Origin: Eledone cirrhosa | Taxonomy: Eukaryota | Length of the DNA stretch: 64,000 nt | Direction of reading: 5' to 3' | Assembly (NCBI GenBank): GCA_964016885.1 | Contig: OZ024746.1 | Location: forward strand, 52,700,001-52,764,000 | In this document: piece by piece, positions 63,961-64,000 of the stretch | Numbering within the stretch: the stretch's first letter is position 1 | How the letters are laid out: the number at the start of each line of letters is the position of its first letter | Program-made: the position numbers and the translations under genes | Notes under the pieces: generated by a model | The model's database searches: none | What the model saw: only the letters and a program-made list of their open reading frames with translations | Told to the model about the DNA's origin: nothing

Positions 63961-64000
63961 TTAGTGGTTGCTGAGATGGTAGTGTTGTTGTTGTTGTTAT

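Larger units (their letters stand above)
1..64000. repeat. Giant head-to-tail tandem array (satellite/minisatellite) with a 42/45-bp monomer GATGGTAGT(GTT)4-5ATTGTAGTTAGTGGTTGCTGW; runs off both window edges
   Basis: Directly visible throughout, e.g. monomer 30-74 is 45 bp and monomer 120-161 is 42 bp. The GTT count is occasionally 2, 3, 6 or 7. No non-repeat sequence or inversion was seen. Confidence 0.99.
1..64000 (-). other. Interrupted mucin-like (Thr/Pro/Ser-rich) reading frame, repeat LPSQ(Q/K)PLTTITTTT(T); coding status unproven
   Basis: The reverse complement of the consensus has no stop in this frame and the monomer length is a multiple of 3. The frame is broken by about 30 frameshifts and about 19 clusters of CAG>TAG changes. 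No signal peptide, flanking domain or exon boundary is present in the window. Confidence 0.3.

Noticed and set aside
1-64000. CRISPR array
   Set aside because: There are no unique spacers: the variable part is only the GTT copy number and point variants. No cas genes or leader are present.
1-64000. Asn-rich frame (SATTNYNNNNNNTTI) as the primary product
   Set aside because: In the standard code it is stopped by the very frequent ATTCTAG variant (TAC>TAG), and the commonest polymorphisms are non-synonymous in it.
1-64000. Canonical telomerase-made repeat or strong G-quadruplex array
   Set aside because: There is no tandem TTAGGG/TTAGG and GGG occurs only in two rare variants (about 12521 and 44865). 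The kb-scale duplications of variants point to recombination rather than templated addition.
1-64000. + strand selenoprotein-like TGA/TGT(Cys) alternation
   Set aside because: TGA does alternate with TGT after a Cys codon, but a nearly C-free strand has little capacity to fold a SECIS element. The product would be implausible poly-Val, and the change is more simply a synonymous or neutral variant.
1-64000. Promoters, terminators, tRNA/rRNA, transposon ends, inverted repeats
   Set aside because: None is recognisable. The strand asymmetry leaves almost no self-complementarity beyond short palindromes such as TAGCTA.

Overview
The whole 64-kb window is one uninterrupted, single-orientation tandem array. 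Its monomer is GATGGTAGT(GTT)n ATTGTAGTTAGTGGTTGCTGW, with n mostly 4 or 5, giving 42 or 45 bp; that implies roughly 1,450 monomers (64,000/~44). I see no unique sequence, array boundary, RNA gene, transposon or CRISPR spacer. The + strand is extremely G/T-skewed: the 45-mer is T22, G16, A6, C1. Recurrent diagnostic variants show nested higher-order duplications of about 1.7, 2.9, 3.2 and 3.5 kb, longer-range copies about 10.7 and 11.4 kb apart, and a left-to-right turnover of variant types. On the - strand two frames of the consensus are open: a mucin-like Thr/Pro/Ser frame (LPSQQPLTTITTTTT) and an Asn-rich frame (SATTNYNNNNNNTTI). The mucin-like frame is broken by two recurrent +1 insertions and by TAG/TAA changes that fall only at Gln codons. 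The ORFs in the track are fragments of this repeat and are not supported as independent genes. The best reading is a eukaryote-type satellite or giant minisatellite, possibly derived from a mucin-type PTS exon. The organism and function cannot be determined from this window. Coordinates and counts were read by eye and block edges are approximate.
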